From Octopus sinensis (lineage: Eukaryota): a stretch of DNA of 64,000 nucleotides. Shown in pieces: positions 38,082-51,179 of this stretch. The number at the start of each line of letters is the position of its first letter. Position 1 is the first letter of the stretch. The notes under the pieces are model-generated. The model was not told the origin of the DNA. It searched no databases and saw only the letters and a program-made list of their open reading frames with translations. The stretch spans positions 38,874,001 through 38,938,000 of the forward strand of contig NC_043012.1 in assembly GCF_006345805.1 (NCBI RefSeq), given 5' to 3'. The position numbers were made by a program, and so were the translations under genes.

Positions 38082-39002
38082 GCACCATTCACCGAGCCTT
38101 CCGGCGACTCCAGTCCGACCCCTCCACTTAGCTCATCTTCTCTAATCGAACCCTCCCCTCCTTCAAACGAGCCCACAACCTACGAGACCGCTTGGTCCAC
38201 AGCTTCTTCCCTAAGCCAATCCTCCAACCCGGCTCGTTCCCCTGCTCCCGCCCACGCTGTCGCACTTGCCCTTACCTCTCCAACACCACCCTCCTCACCG
38301 GCACCCATCATCGACTCTATCACATCACCGTCTCCTTTACCTGCACTTCTACTAATGTCATCTACTGCATATCCTGCTCTCTCTGCCCTTCTCTATACAT
38401 CGAGCAAACGGGACGTTGCTTGGCTGATCGGTTCGGAGAACAACTCCGAGATATCCGACTCGTCTATGACACCCCGGTCTCGCGCTATTTCCGCTCTATC
38501 GGTTACTCTTTGCAACACCTGTGTTCGGATTTTCCTTGCACAGGGGCCATCCGGACTCCCGTTTGCGCCGTGAACAGTGATTAAGTGATTAATCTTCTTT
38601 CTTCGCTCCTTTGCACCACATGGGCTCAACTCTTCTTCCCTCTTTATATAACCTCCTCCCATCTCCTCCCCTCTCTTCATTCCTACCCATCCTCTCCCTT
38701 CTTCCTCCATCATCACCCCTCCCTCGTAAACCACTTCCTTTTGGGATCACCTCTACTTTATTAACTCTCCTTCTTCCTAGCTCTCCTGTGTGACCCCTCT
38801 GTCTAGCATTCGCCATCAAAGATCGCTAGCCACCACACATTTATTTTCTGTCCTTGTTTCTTTCTGTGTTCCTTTCTAAGGAAGAGCGTAGGCTCGAAAT
38901 GTTAATGACTTTTACACTTCCCGAGCGTTATACGAACACATCTGTTTGTTGTCTAAAATCCTGTCTTCGTGTTTTGTTTTTTGTTTTTTTTATGAATTCT
39001 CC

Positions 39003-39003
<1 letters not shown>
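38082..39003 (+). mobile_element. Penelope-like element 3' remnant (Zn-linker plus GIY-YIG, Neptune-like) with pLTR/HHR end
   Basis: FPCSRPRCRTCPY...FTCTSTNVIYCISCSLCPSLYIEQTGRCLADRFGEQLRDI. A pyrimidine-rich UTR follows, then ctttCTAAGGAA-GAGC(gtag)GCTC-GAAATGTTA at 38872-38905. Confidence 0.88.
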
Positions 39004-39071
<68 letters not shown>

Positions 39072-39094
39072 CGTCGTACATATATATATATATA

Positions 39095-39318
39095 TGTATG
39101 TATGTGTGTGTATATGTTTGTGTGTCTGTGTTTCTCTCCCCAGCATCGCCTGACAACCGATGCTGGTGTGATTACGTACCTAAGCCGTTCGGCAAAAGAG
39201 ACCTATAGAATGTGTACTAGGCTTACAAAGAATAAGTACTGGAGTCGATTTGCTCGTCTACAGGCAGTGCTCCAGCGTGGCTGCAGTGAAATATCTGACA
39301 CATGCAAAAGAATAAAAG
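39095..39318 (-). mobile_element. SINE family C 3' half
   Basis: Match to the family C tail. Confidence 0.75.
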
Positions 39319-39378
39319 AATATATATATTATATATATATATGTATAAGGGTGGAAAGGAACACACGAGTTGATATAT

Positions 39379-39857
39379 ATGAAAAAACAAGTCAAAAATA
39401 GAAAATGCTAAGATAATTTTATAGTGAATCTTTCAGTACCGGTTTCGGTCATTTTGAGACCTTTTCAACTGTAACGATTAAATAATTAAATTTAGAAAAA
39501 TTAGAAGAAAAGTTTTTTTAAAAGAATATTTCTATAGTAGTGTTCAGATGTAAGTGGCATTCTGCCTTTCTCTGACTCCCTTGTTTGCACTTGTGTGTTC
39601 GAGGTCCTTGTGAGTTTAGAAGAACTCACAACGACCTCGAACACACAAGTGCAAACAAGGGAGTCAGAGAAAGGCAGAATGCCACTTACATCTGAACACT
39701 ACTATAGAAATATTCTTTTAAAAAAACTTTTCTTCTAATTTTCTAAATTTAATTATTTAATCGTTACAGTTGAAAAGGTCTCAAAATGACCGAAACCGGT
39801 ACTGAAAGATTCACTATAAATTATCTTAGCATTTTCTATTTTTGACTTGTTTTTCAT
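39379..39857. repeat. Near-perfect palindrome (arms about 238 bp, 6-nt loop) of PLE pLTR type, with an HHR on each arm
   Basis: 39379-39616 is the reverse complement of 39623-39857 with very few differences. It sits between (TA)n runs. Confidence 0.92.
39767..39804 (+). ncRNA. Minimal type I hammerhead, U3-A8 covariant (mirror copy on minus strand at 39434-39471)
   Basis: cag-TTGAAAA-GGTC(tcaaaat)GACC-GAAA-CCGG-TA-ctg. Stems I and II pair, and stem III is the palindrome ACCGGT. Confidence 0.65.
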
Positions 39858-39858
39858 T

Positions 39859-39932
<74 letters not shown>

Positions 39933-39940
39933 ATATATAT

Positions 39941-40670
39941 AAATAAAAGGAATGAAGAAAATGGTGACAAAATAATTTAAGTAAGGGAGAGTGTATTTAA
40001 TTAGGTGAAAGTTATTTTTTTAAAACAAAAAGAGAAACATTGGGTTAGAATACAATGTTCATTTTTTGTGAATGATTTCAGTGTATAAGAAAAATAAGAG
40101 TCTTTTACAGTGTTCTGTTTCAGACTAAGATATTTAGTAAAAGCGTGTAATATACAGTTTTTTGTGGAAAAGTTCAATGTCAGATTTCAGTGTAGAATTA
40201 AAAAAAAGGAAGAGTTTACCGGTTGCGCATTTGTTATGCTTATCAAAAGATATTTTGAGTGAGATAGAGTTCCTTTCTGATTGATTTTTTTCTCTTATCT
40301 TTTTCTCTTATCAGATAAGAGAAAAAAATCAATCAGAAAGGAACTCTATCTCACTCAAAATATCTTTTGATAAGCATAACAAATGCGCAACCGGTAAACT
40401 CTTCCTTTTTTTTAATTCTACACTGAAATCTGACATTGAACTTTTCCACAAAAAACTGTATATTACACGCTTTTACTAAATATCTTAGTCTGAAACAGAA
40501 CACTGTAAAAGACTCTTACTTTTTTTCTTATACACTGAAATCATTCACAAAAAATGAACATTGTATTCTAACCCAATGTTTCTCTTTTTTTGTTTTAAAA
40601 AAATAACTTTCACCTAATTAAATACACTCTCCCTTACTTAAATTATTTTGTCACCATTTTCTTCATTTCC

Positions 40671-40675
<5 letters not shown>
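39941..40675. repeat. Near-perfect palindrome (arms about 360 bp, 12-nt spacer), probably an inverted PLE 3' end
   Basis: 39941-40300 is the reverse complement of 40313-40675. The spacer ttttctcttatc duplicates the arm end. It is flanked by (TA)n. The outward reading IRKELYLTQNIF resembles a GIY-YIG C-terminus. Confidence 0.9.
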
Positions 40676-40708
<33 letters not shown>

Positions 40709-42542
40709 AGTTTAAGATCTTATATTTGCAAGCTAGTTTCGGTCTCCCCGTATAATATTTACTGATGACGGACTACTGTGTTTTCGAGAAACTTTGTGTA
40801 TGTAATATCAGAGTCCATACAGCACTGATAATGAAAATGAGCTCCCCTATTGAATAATCTCCACATTTCTTTGTAGCCCTTTGTATAAATACACACACAC
40901 GCGTACAAATATTTTTGTATATACCTGGGTGTGTGTGTGTACGCAAATATCTATAAATGTGCACATACTTGTCTGTGAGTGCACAGAAAGGGACATATAA
41001 ACGTACACAAATACTAAATTTAAGAAAGCTTTAAAAATTGGCAGCGAATAAGATAACAATTCCAATGCCAAAAATATATATCTATAATTTGTATATTTAT
41101 AGAAACGGTTAACTGAGGTCAATTTTGAAAATCTTAGATCTCATTGTCTTATGAATATTTCTTTCAGTCTCATTTTCATTTCATATTGTTATTGATGACA
41201 TCGATCACAGCTCCTAGCGCAATTATATGTTTGTGTATATACATATGTATGTGTGTGCGTGTGTGTGTGTATACATATATATATATACATACATACATAA
41301 TGCCACATGTATGTATTTGCAGCGCAGAAGCTCCAGCTCTATCGGCGGAGCCCTCTCCCGCACAAATCTATTGATCTAGTTCCCTACCTACTTAAATATA
41401 TATGGACGCTATGACACATTTCATGCTCAGATGACATGTATATACCTTATTATGGTGTATCACTCTGAAATATCCCCATCCTATTTTCTGCACCCTAAAA
41501 TAAATGAGAGGTTTAATCTACAAGTGAAGAATGTATTTTTGTCAAGGCTTCGTTTTCCTTTACATTTTTAAGTGGGTAACGTCCACAATTGCTCTCTGTC
41601 TCTTTGTCCCAAAATCGTGTTCGTGCTTCTTTGCACCTAGCTCATTTTTTCTTTTATACGTTGCAATAATCCTACACTAAGCCTTGATGTGCCCTTTGAT
41701 TCATTCCAATCTCCGAGAAACGCAATGTCGTTTCCAGTCCCAGTAGTCGTTGGCCCCATTTCATTATCCCTTCTGTCTTCGTTCGAAGACTGTGTCCCTT
41801 TCCTTTCCCTTTCATCTCTACTTTATGATCCTTACGTCTCTTGCGTCATTCCTATGCGGTCCTCTCATAGAGGAATATATTTACGATTTCATGTAGAAGG
41901 TCTCGCAAGGAAAGCGGAGATCCGTTGTCCGCAATAACGCCAAACTATTTGGGAGCGCAGGAATTAAATAATATAGACGGGAAAGACTTAGACGTTCTCT
42001 AATTAGAAAGAACAGTAATCAGGTGCAATGCTGGAAAGAGATGGTTACCTAATATGGACACAGCAATATGGATGGATGATGAACTGTAGCTAATTACTAA
42101 GGCATTCAAAGGCGGGAAATTGAGACATATGGCTCAGGGGTTAGGGTGTTAGATTCTCGATCGTAAGATTGTGGTTTCAATTCCTGGACCGGTCGACGCG
42201 TTGTAATCTTGCGTAAAACACTTCATTTAACGTCAGCTGCGATACCGTTTGGAGAATATATACACCAAAGATATCGGGCTAATGAGTTTATATGACTCGG
42301 AAAGGAACTTTACATTATGCGTGCTGCATGTGGGAGAAAACAAAAACAGGAGGAGACAAAAAGTAACATGGGAAGAAGAAGACCTGATGGATGATTTTTA
42401 AGATGTCAAAGTTGTCGAAGGAGATAAAATACAGAGTGATATTATGTTGGAGAGGACTTTCACATTCCATACCTGTATGAAAAAACGGAAATGAAAATAG
42501 TTGAAATGGTGATGATGATGATGATGATGATAGACATATGCA

Positions 42543-42751
42543 TACAAAGGGTGCTGAAAAGTTCCTGGCTTTAAAGATGTCGCGAAAGGCTCAACATTCC
42601 GAATTGTTTTACAGGGCTTACAAAAATGTGAAGGGCCGCTGCAGTAAGTGTGTGAATTTAAGAGGGGAATACGTTTAATAAAACCAAAATTAAATAATTC
42701 TTCTGTGTTTTCTTTTACTCAAAACCAGGACATTTTCAGCACCCACTCGTA
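42543..42751 (+). mobile_element. Mariner-derived MITE
   Basis: TIRs ta-caaagggtgctgaaaagttcctggc / ccaggacattttcagcacccactcg-ta. The interior retains the transposase-end-like KCVNLRGEY. Confidence 0.78.
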
Positions 42752-42841
42752 TATGCAAGTGTATATACACTTATATTAAGACATTCACACACACACAAAT
42801 ATGTGCTTATTTTTACGAGTGCGCGTGCATATATATATATA

Positions 42842-42889
<48 letters not shown>

Positions 42890-42919
42890 TTACATGTATG
42901 TATGTGAATATATATATAT

Positions 42920-43080
42920 ATAGTAAAGCAAAAGACGAAGACAGGTTTATGTATGAAAATAACCCCGTGAATTAGTTTTGACGCTCGGGAAAAATGAAAA
43001 GGTATTTTACGTTTCGAGCCTAAGCTCTTCACCAGAAGGGAATAAAAACAAAGAAACAGAAAGGGAATGAAAAAAGAGGT
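42920..43080 (-). mobile_element. Short PLE-derived element with a minimal HHR-like motif
   Basis: Minus strand cttCTGGTGAA-GAGC(ttag)GCTC-GAAACGTA-aaa at 43004-43038. The 3' end abuts (TA)n. Confidence 0.7.
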
Positions 43081-43782
43081 GCAGTCTTCCGCGGCCTAGG
43101 ATGGCTTCCTCTAGGTTTCTGTCTGCCAAATTCACCCACAAAGCATTGGTCAGGACTATGTTACGAGACACTCAGCCACGTTGCTGTGAAGTGGAACTGA
43201 ACCTGCATGCTGCTACACATACAACAAAATTTCTTCCACAAGATCGTTCACTTAGTATTTTCTCTATGTCACGGAGTCGCTCGCAATAAATCTCATGACA
43301 TAGTTTTTGAAATACTTAACATTTAAAAACTCATTTTTCTTGTTCTTCTTCAGTTTCAACTCAAACAATCTATTCCGTATATGGACAGAGCCAATGTGAG
43401 TGCTATAAATTCTAAACTTTGACTTTAATTCAGATCCTGTTTGATATATATTTCATCTTGATTTTCATTTTTCTTTACAAAAATATCTATCCTCGTAATT
43501 CTATGTTTGACAACGTAATTGCTTGCAAAAGATAGTTTATGTCCAAGATTAGTGGAACAGACTTTGTAGATATGTCATGAAATGCGCGATGTTTAGTTTT
43601 GTTCATGGCACTCAGTCTTGTCAATGTTAATTTATAGACCTACATTTTCTTAAGTATCAGCAGCTGAGTGACTAATGAAATGTTGAAGGTTTGCAATGTC
43701 ATTGTTAATGACACACCTATATATCTCCCTCAACCCCTACCTCTCATCTTCTTCCTTTCTATCATGTATGTATATATGTATG

Positions 43783-43877
<95 letters not shown>

Positions 43878-43986
43878 TGTATTATAAAAAATCAAATACA
43901 GTCAAACACACACACAAAGACACACTTATCTATACAAATGATATACCTGTCATTACAATAACATTGCTAGGCTTCAATGTCAGAAG

Positions 43987-44602
<616 letters not shown>

Positions 44603-44750
44603 ACTTTTTAAGAACATATTGCTCTCCATTTAAGATATGCTATAACGAACCATGTGTTCGTTACGTGTTTTGTTTAATATTAATATAATTTCCACATAAC
44701 AATTAGTATATATATATATATATATCTATATATATATATTATATATATAG

Positions 44751-44781
<31 letters not shown>

Positions 44782-44902
44782 ATAATATGAGAGAGAGGAG
44801 AGAAGGGAGAGAGAGAGAGATGGATAAATATAACATCTATATGTATATATATAATTATTTATATATATATGCTGCTATTGGCTTTGTGTATTATATATAT
44901 AT

Positions 44903-44946
<44 letters not shown>

Positions 44947-46036
44947 ATATATGTACGCGTGTGTGCTTGTTTGTATAAGTACGCAGTAAAAGAATGATAT
45001 ATTCGCGCGCAAACATACACACACACGCATATATAATATCACGTCTCTCAGAATGCTGTTGGTAAACCCCCAAACCCAATACAATTTGAAGCATGATAGG
45101 GCCTAAACGGAAAACCTTGTTGACCCAGGTTGGTAAACAGGGTATCATTTTTTCTACTCTAGGCACAAGATTCGAAACTTTTGTGGGAAAGAGCCAGTCG
45201 GACAGATCGACCCCAATATCCAACTAACGTTTCTACCATCTCACCGCTTGAAAGAGGATGTAATTTCGTTGAAAACCCAGCAAGTTGAAAAGCGTAATCT
45301 ATCAAAATACGAACAGATTATAGTCAACGATCTTCAAGAAAAAAAGGAGTGAGAGACACATAGATGTTATTTCGACATTTCACTAGAAGAAAATATGTGA
45401 CATAACACTTGCTAATTTTTTTGGCGTCCAATGATATCGAGTAAATGCATACGGTAATTTGAGAGAGGATTGAACCCCGCACAAGGGCTTTTCTCACCTT
45501 GAAAATGTTCAGGCGCGGACACCTTTTGATATTGATATCTCCATAATTCACTGAAATCTATGACATTCTGTGACAGGTCATTTCCGAGAAAATATGAATG
45601 CACCTGCTTGTGTGGGTGGTAATTCATTTTCTGAACACCTACTGCCAGATGAACACATCGCCAACACATCTGTGCTACACATGTTTCACAAAAGAATTAA
45701 GCGTTGACTGCCCCCGATATGTGTGCGTGTGTGTATCGTGTGTGTTTGTGGCGGCCGGGGGAGTAGAAAGGAAGAGCTTACACATACACACACGCATGTC
45801 TATAAATTTTCCGTCAGAGCTCGTGTCTCCACAATACCACTCATACGAGTATGTAATCCCTAACGTCATTACAGTGAACTCCCTTGCCTAAGGTGAAGTT
45901 CAGCGGCATTCAACCCTGAACGATGTGGCTGGAGAGAAAATTCCCAAATTTAGTAATGCGATCGAACTTGCATCAACCGCAACGATGAGAATGATGATAA
46001 TGGAATTTTGTATATAAGTATAAGTAAACACAGACA

Positions 46037-46132
<96 letters not shown>

Positions 46133-46172
46133 CATGCATACATACATATGTGCACATGCACCGAGGAATATA

Positions 46173-46542
46173 TTTTTGGGACATAATATAGAAAGCAAGT
46201 TCTATCTGTTTTCTTTAGGGGACCAAAAACGTAACACTGGAACAAAAGAAAAGTGACAAAATTATCTAATCATATTTGGTCTTTAAAAGATAAAGGTGTC
46301 GATTATAACATCCATTGAAAGATTTTGGCCAAATGTAAGCCCTACACCAACGGCAGCGGAAGGTGCGGTCTATGCAACATGGAGAGATGGCTTATCTGGA
46401 AAAGCAGCTTAGACCCTACTACATGTCTAAACTCAAGGACAGAACTTTTCGGATCATGCCCATATGTGACTTAATTTTTGTTACGTTTTTGGTCCCCTAA
46501 AGAAAACAGATAGAACTTGCTTTCTATATTATGTCCCAAAAA
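46173..46542 (+). mobile_element. PLE (Naiad-like) endonuclease C-terminal fragment with a 64-bp 5' inversion
   Basis: 46256-46474 translates as TKLSNHIWSLKDKGVDYNIH*KILAKCKPYTNGSGRCGLCNMERWLIW...LNSRTELFGSC. 46173-46236 is the reverse complement of 46479-46542. Confidence 0.8.
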
Positions 46543-48011
46543 GTTTTTTATCTCATTATACCTTTTATTATTTCATATATATTTTTATATTTTCACACAT
46601 TAATTTTTTCTGTAATTTTCTATCCTGTATTTTTTCCTGTGCCTATATAGATGTGTATATAGATTCATTTGTACACGTGTATGAATATGTATGAGTGGGC
46701 AATTTTAGATGTGTGCGTGTGTGCGGGCATAAGAATGCATATATATATATAGACGTTTTTACTTAGTATTTTTCCATTTTTTTTTGGGGGGGGCATATGT
46801 ATATTCATTTTTTGTATGTGCGTGTGTATGTATGCGTATATAAATATGTGCGGGTATGTACATATATGGGCGTGTGTGTGTATGAGTGCATAGGGGCATG
46901 TCCGTATATGAACGTGGTTTTTATGCTTTGTATACTTCCCTATGTTTTTTTCTGTTACCTTTAACCATGGTTTTTCTTGCGCTTGTGCGTATATAGACGT
47001 ATGTATGAACTTTTACGGTACGCATGTGTGTCTGTATGAGTTTGTATATATATGCGTATATATTTGCCGAAAAATGCGAGTGAAGATGTGTACGTTTTCA
47101 TAGTGACGTATAAGTACGCACTTAGGGTCGCGAGCAAAATTATATCACAGTAATTTCCCTTTGTATAACGGTATTTTTTCATAGCGTTTTTCAGTTGGCC
47201 GAAGAGATGGTGTTGTGGATTTCCACTTCGGCATCTGAAAATCAGAGTTTTATCTTGACTATTGAGTAAATGTAACATATTATTTTATAGATAAATTTCC
47301 TCTATTTACATAATATTGAGGTCTCTTTCTTTCTTTTGTTATCTTACCGTTTTTACCAATATATTATATATATATATAATATATATATATATATATAATA
47401 TATATTATAATATGTGTGTGTGTGTGTGTGTGTGTTGTGTGTGTGTGTACAGACACAAATGTATTTACACATAGAAACACATATATCTGAACATTCATAA
47501 AAATACAATCGTGCAATGATCGATGTATCTATATTTCGTTTCTTTCTAAAATATGTAATTTCATACATATACGAAACAATTTTTTTTCCTGTTTCTCCGT
47601 GTATTTCTATGGTAACGTTGTACTTTACGCCTGTGTGCTTCCATACCAGGCTTGTATCTATGATTAATGAAGTTTTGCACATTGATATGCATATCTTTAT
47701 TTCTACGCACGCAATCATATGGATGTCGATAGGGATATTATTATACTTGTTAACCTTATGGACACAAACAAATATGTAATTATTCTCCCTCCACCCCTAC
47801 CAAATATTTGTGTTATGTGTGTGTGAGTGTGTGAGTGTGTGCGTGTGTGAGTGTGTGCGTGTGTGAGTGTGTTTAAATGACGTGAGTGTGTGGCATCAGT
47901 TTGCTGTTTTTTTTTAACGTTCGTGACCGATCAGATATAAATTCTTAAGTATAGGGTAATTGAAAATGCTTACGATCGCGATAACAGCAACAATATGAAT
48001 ACCAAGAGCAT

Positions 48012-48225
48012 TATTAATAATAATAATAATAGTAATAATAACAATAATAATATAATAATAATAATAATAATGATAATAATAATAATGATAATAATGGGAT
48101 GATAATAATAATAATAATAATACATAATAAATAATAATAATAATGATAATAATAATAATAATATAATAATGATAATAATAATAATGATAATGATGATGAT
48201 GATAATAATAATAATAATGATGATG

Positions 48226-48262
<37 letters not shown>

Positions 48263-48288
48263 TAATAATAATAATAATAATGATGATG

Positions 48289-48322
<34 letters not shown>

Positions 48323-48342
48323 TGATGATGATAATAATAATA

Positions 48343-48378
<36 letters not shown>

Positions 48379-48415
48379 TAATAATGATAATAATAATAAT
48401 GATGATGATAATAAT

Positions 48416-48450
<35 letters not shown>

Positions 48451-48458
48451 TGATGATG

Positions 48459-48492
<34 letters not shown>

Positions 48493-48559
48493 TAATAATG
48501 ATAATAATAATAATGATGATGATAATAATTATAATAATAATAATAATAATAATAATAAT
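48012..48559 (+). repeat. Compound (AAT/GAT)n microsatellite
   Basis: Direct reading. Confidence 0.98.
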
Positions 48560-49111
48560 GCCCTGATGCAGTACCAGGCAGTGGCTCTCATGGCTTCTGA
48601 TCTTAACTGATTGGAAGTGTTATCATGTACATTGTTTTGTCTTGGTATAAAAGATGGGCTACAGCAAATATTCTGCTCAATACCACAGATTTGCTTGTCA
48701 GTTGTTTGACCGTAACCAGTTGAGCATGTCCCTTAGTGGCTGACGATATGTGCATCTCTGATCACGAGCAGAAGTAGTGGGGGAGCATCATAGCCATGTG
48801 TTGAGAGGGATCTTTGGGGTTTGAATAATTCACCTCTGGAAACATGGGTGGTTCTTTCAACATCTTAAACAACCCTTATTCAGGGACCTTTTGAGCGGGA
48901 TGGGCTACTCAACCTGAAGAAAATTCTAACTGGGCCCCACCTGCAAGGTTATGTGCTGTTTATCTTGATATGAGATCACCATGTCGCGCACATATGGTTG
49001 TGATGCATGTGCCTGGTGTACCTTTATCAGACGGGTAGTCATGATGGGTATATTGGGCTTCGTATATTTTACCCCAGTGTCACTTTGATGGCATGCACTG
49101 CTCTCTCACTC
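48560..49111. mobile_element. 552-bp non-coding insertion inside (AAT)n
   Basis: A sharp-edged, higher-GC block with (AAT)n on both sides in the same orientation. It has no long ORF and no TIR or LTR termini. Confidence 0.6.
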
Positions 49112-49139
49112 AATAATAATAATAATAATAATGATGATG

Positions 49140-49226
<87 letters not shown>

Positions 49227-49789
49227 CAATAATATTGATAATATAAAGAAAAGAAGGAGGAAGAAGACGATGTGAAGGGGCATGAGAGGTATGAAGATGA
49301 AGAATAACGAGGGTGAAAAGAGAAGAAAAACAAGTGCGATTTGGCAATATGAATGGGAAGTGGAGGAAGAGGGAAAAAAAAGAAATAAAATGAAAAAAAA
49401 TATGGGGACGGGGATACTATCTGGGAGTATTCAAGAACCCATGAATCCAAGATTACATTTAATGCCAAGGGCATAACGAAAAGAAAGGAGAAGAAAATGT
49501 TGAAGAATAATCAGCGGAAAAAATTGAAGCAGAACAATATAATTGGAAGTAGATCTGAGAATAAGAAATTCTAAATTTGGAAAAGTTTTAACAATCAAAA
49601 GGTTGAAATAATTAAAGAATTAAACGCAATAGATGTTACTGTGGTTCAACGAAATCACTTCCCAAGGATATAACATTTAACAATAGCATAGCACCAACAA
49701 TGAAAACCCAAATCTGTCCATGAGGAATGCAAACAGGCATGCGCATCAATATCACCAGGTTAAATAAGATACTCCACCCTCACATTTAC

Positions 49790-49974
49790 TCTTTTACTTG
49801 TTTCAGTCATTTGACTGCGGCCATGCTGGAGCACCGCCTTTAGTCGAACAAATCGACCCCGGGACTTATTCTTATACTATCGGTCTCTTTTTGTCGAACC
49901 TCTAAGTGACGGGGACGTAAACACACCAGCATCGGTTGTCAAGCAATGCTAGGGGGACAAACACAGACACACAA

Positions 49975-50018
<44 letters not shown>

Positions 50019-50180
50019 TATACATATATACGACAGGCTTCTTTCAGTTCCGTCTACCAAATCCACTCACAAGGCATGGTCGGCCCGGGGCTATAGCAGA
50101 AGACACTTGCCCAAGATGCCACGCAGTGGGACTGAACCTGGAACCATGTGGCTGGTTAGCAAGCTACTTACCACACAGCC
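49790..50180 (-). mobile_element. SINE family C
   Basis: Full-length family match. Confidence 0.85.
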
Positions 50181-51179
50181 ACTCCTGCGCCTTTTATTCA
50201 TCTTATGATATAAATAGAACAAACAGACAATACAAAAAACAAACAATAATAGAAATTATAAGGTGACTTCAGTCCTTAATGATAGCGAAAGCGAAACCAC
50301 AAAAATGAAGCGAAAACACGATATAGATATAACAACCTAAACAAGATGCATAAAAAAATAAAACAGAAAGAACTTACGTTTAGTAGATACTAGCTAATTG
50401 CAAAGACTTTCGTAGTGTTTATAGCGAGACGGATTCTTGGAATAAACTACTTCAGTCACAAATCAATTTTATCAAGAAGAAGTTGTTGGAAATAAAATAG
50501 ACTTCAAAAGAAAGTGAAGGAGAATATTGCAGAGAATACAAAAGGCAGTGAAGGAATCACTATTGGAGATGCGGCTCTAAGCAGCGAATTTAGCATAAGA
50601 ACAATCGCAAGAACCTATAATAAGCGAAGGAAGAGAAACATTATCCATAGACTGCAAAGGTACTGGAGCGCTACAGCAAATGATAATATTTTAAACTTCT
50701 GATTACAATATTTCACAGTGTCTTATAAAGAACCAGCAGAGTCGTATAACGTGATATCGAGGAAATCGGAGATATTACTCAATGAAGGAAAAAACAATTT
50801 AGATTCTCAAAACAAAGAAACATGCAGCTGTAAAATTTCTTCAGAGCCAGGGCCTACATTCCTACGATCTACAAAGAGTTTGGAACAATATCTCGAAGAC
50901 TAAATAATATCTAGAAACGTACAGCGACCAGTTAATAAATAGTAGATGACATACTGCCAAGACTGATATAGCTGTAAAGATCAATTACCGATCATCAAAA
51001 TCATATCCGGAGATTGCGAAAGAACGAAGTGGAAAAGTTCTGAGCAGAATATGAAGTAAGCGCCAGAACGTTTTTCATAGTAAACCCCACACGTAGGTCC
51101 CTGAAACAATTGTCACGCGTAAGGTAAGACAAACATAAAAACAGGTGTGTTACGAGATATTTCTATAGATAGAATCAAA

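Noticed and set aside
40469-40513. Hammerhead in the second palindrome (GAAA-CAG(aaca)CTG-TA-aaag)
   Set aside because: Stem III and the cleavage triplet look right, but the CUGANGA strand is absent.
45498-45550. Minus-strand 53-nt exon candidate (tttcAG...AAG|gtgaga)
   Set aside because: It has a good donor but a poor pyrimidine tract and no recognisable peptide, and is on the opposite strand to the other candidates.
47195-47255. Hammerhead-like CCGAAGA-GATG...CATC-T-GAAA downstream of the Naiad-like fragment
   Set aside because: U4 is substituted, stem I does not pair, and an alternative gccgaag/cttcggc hairpin competes.
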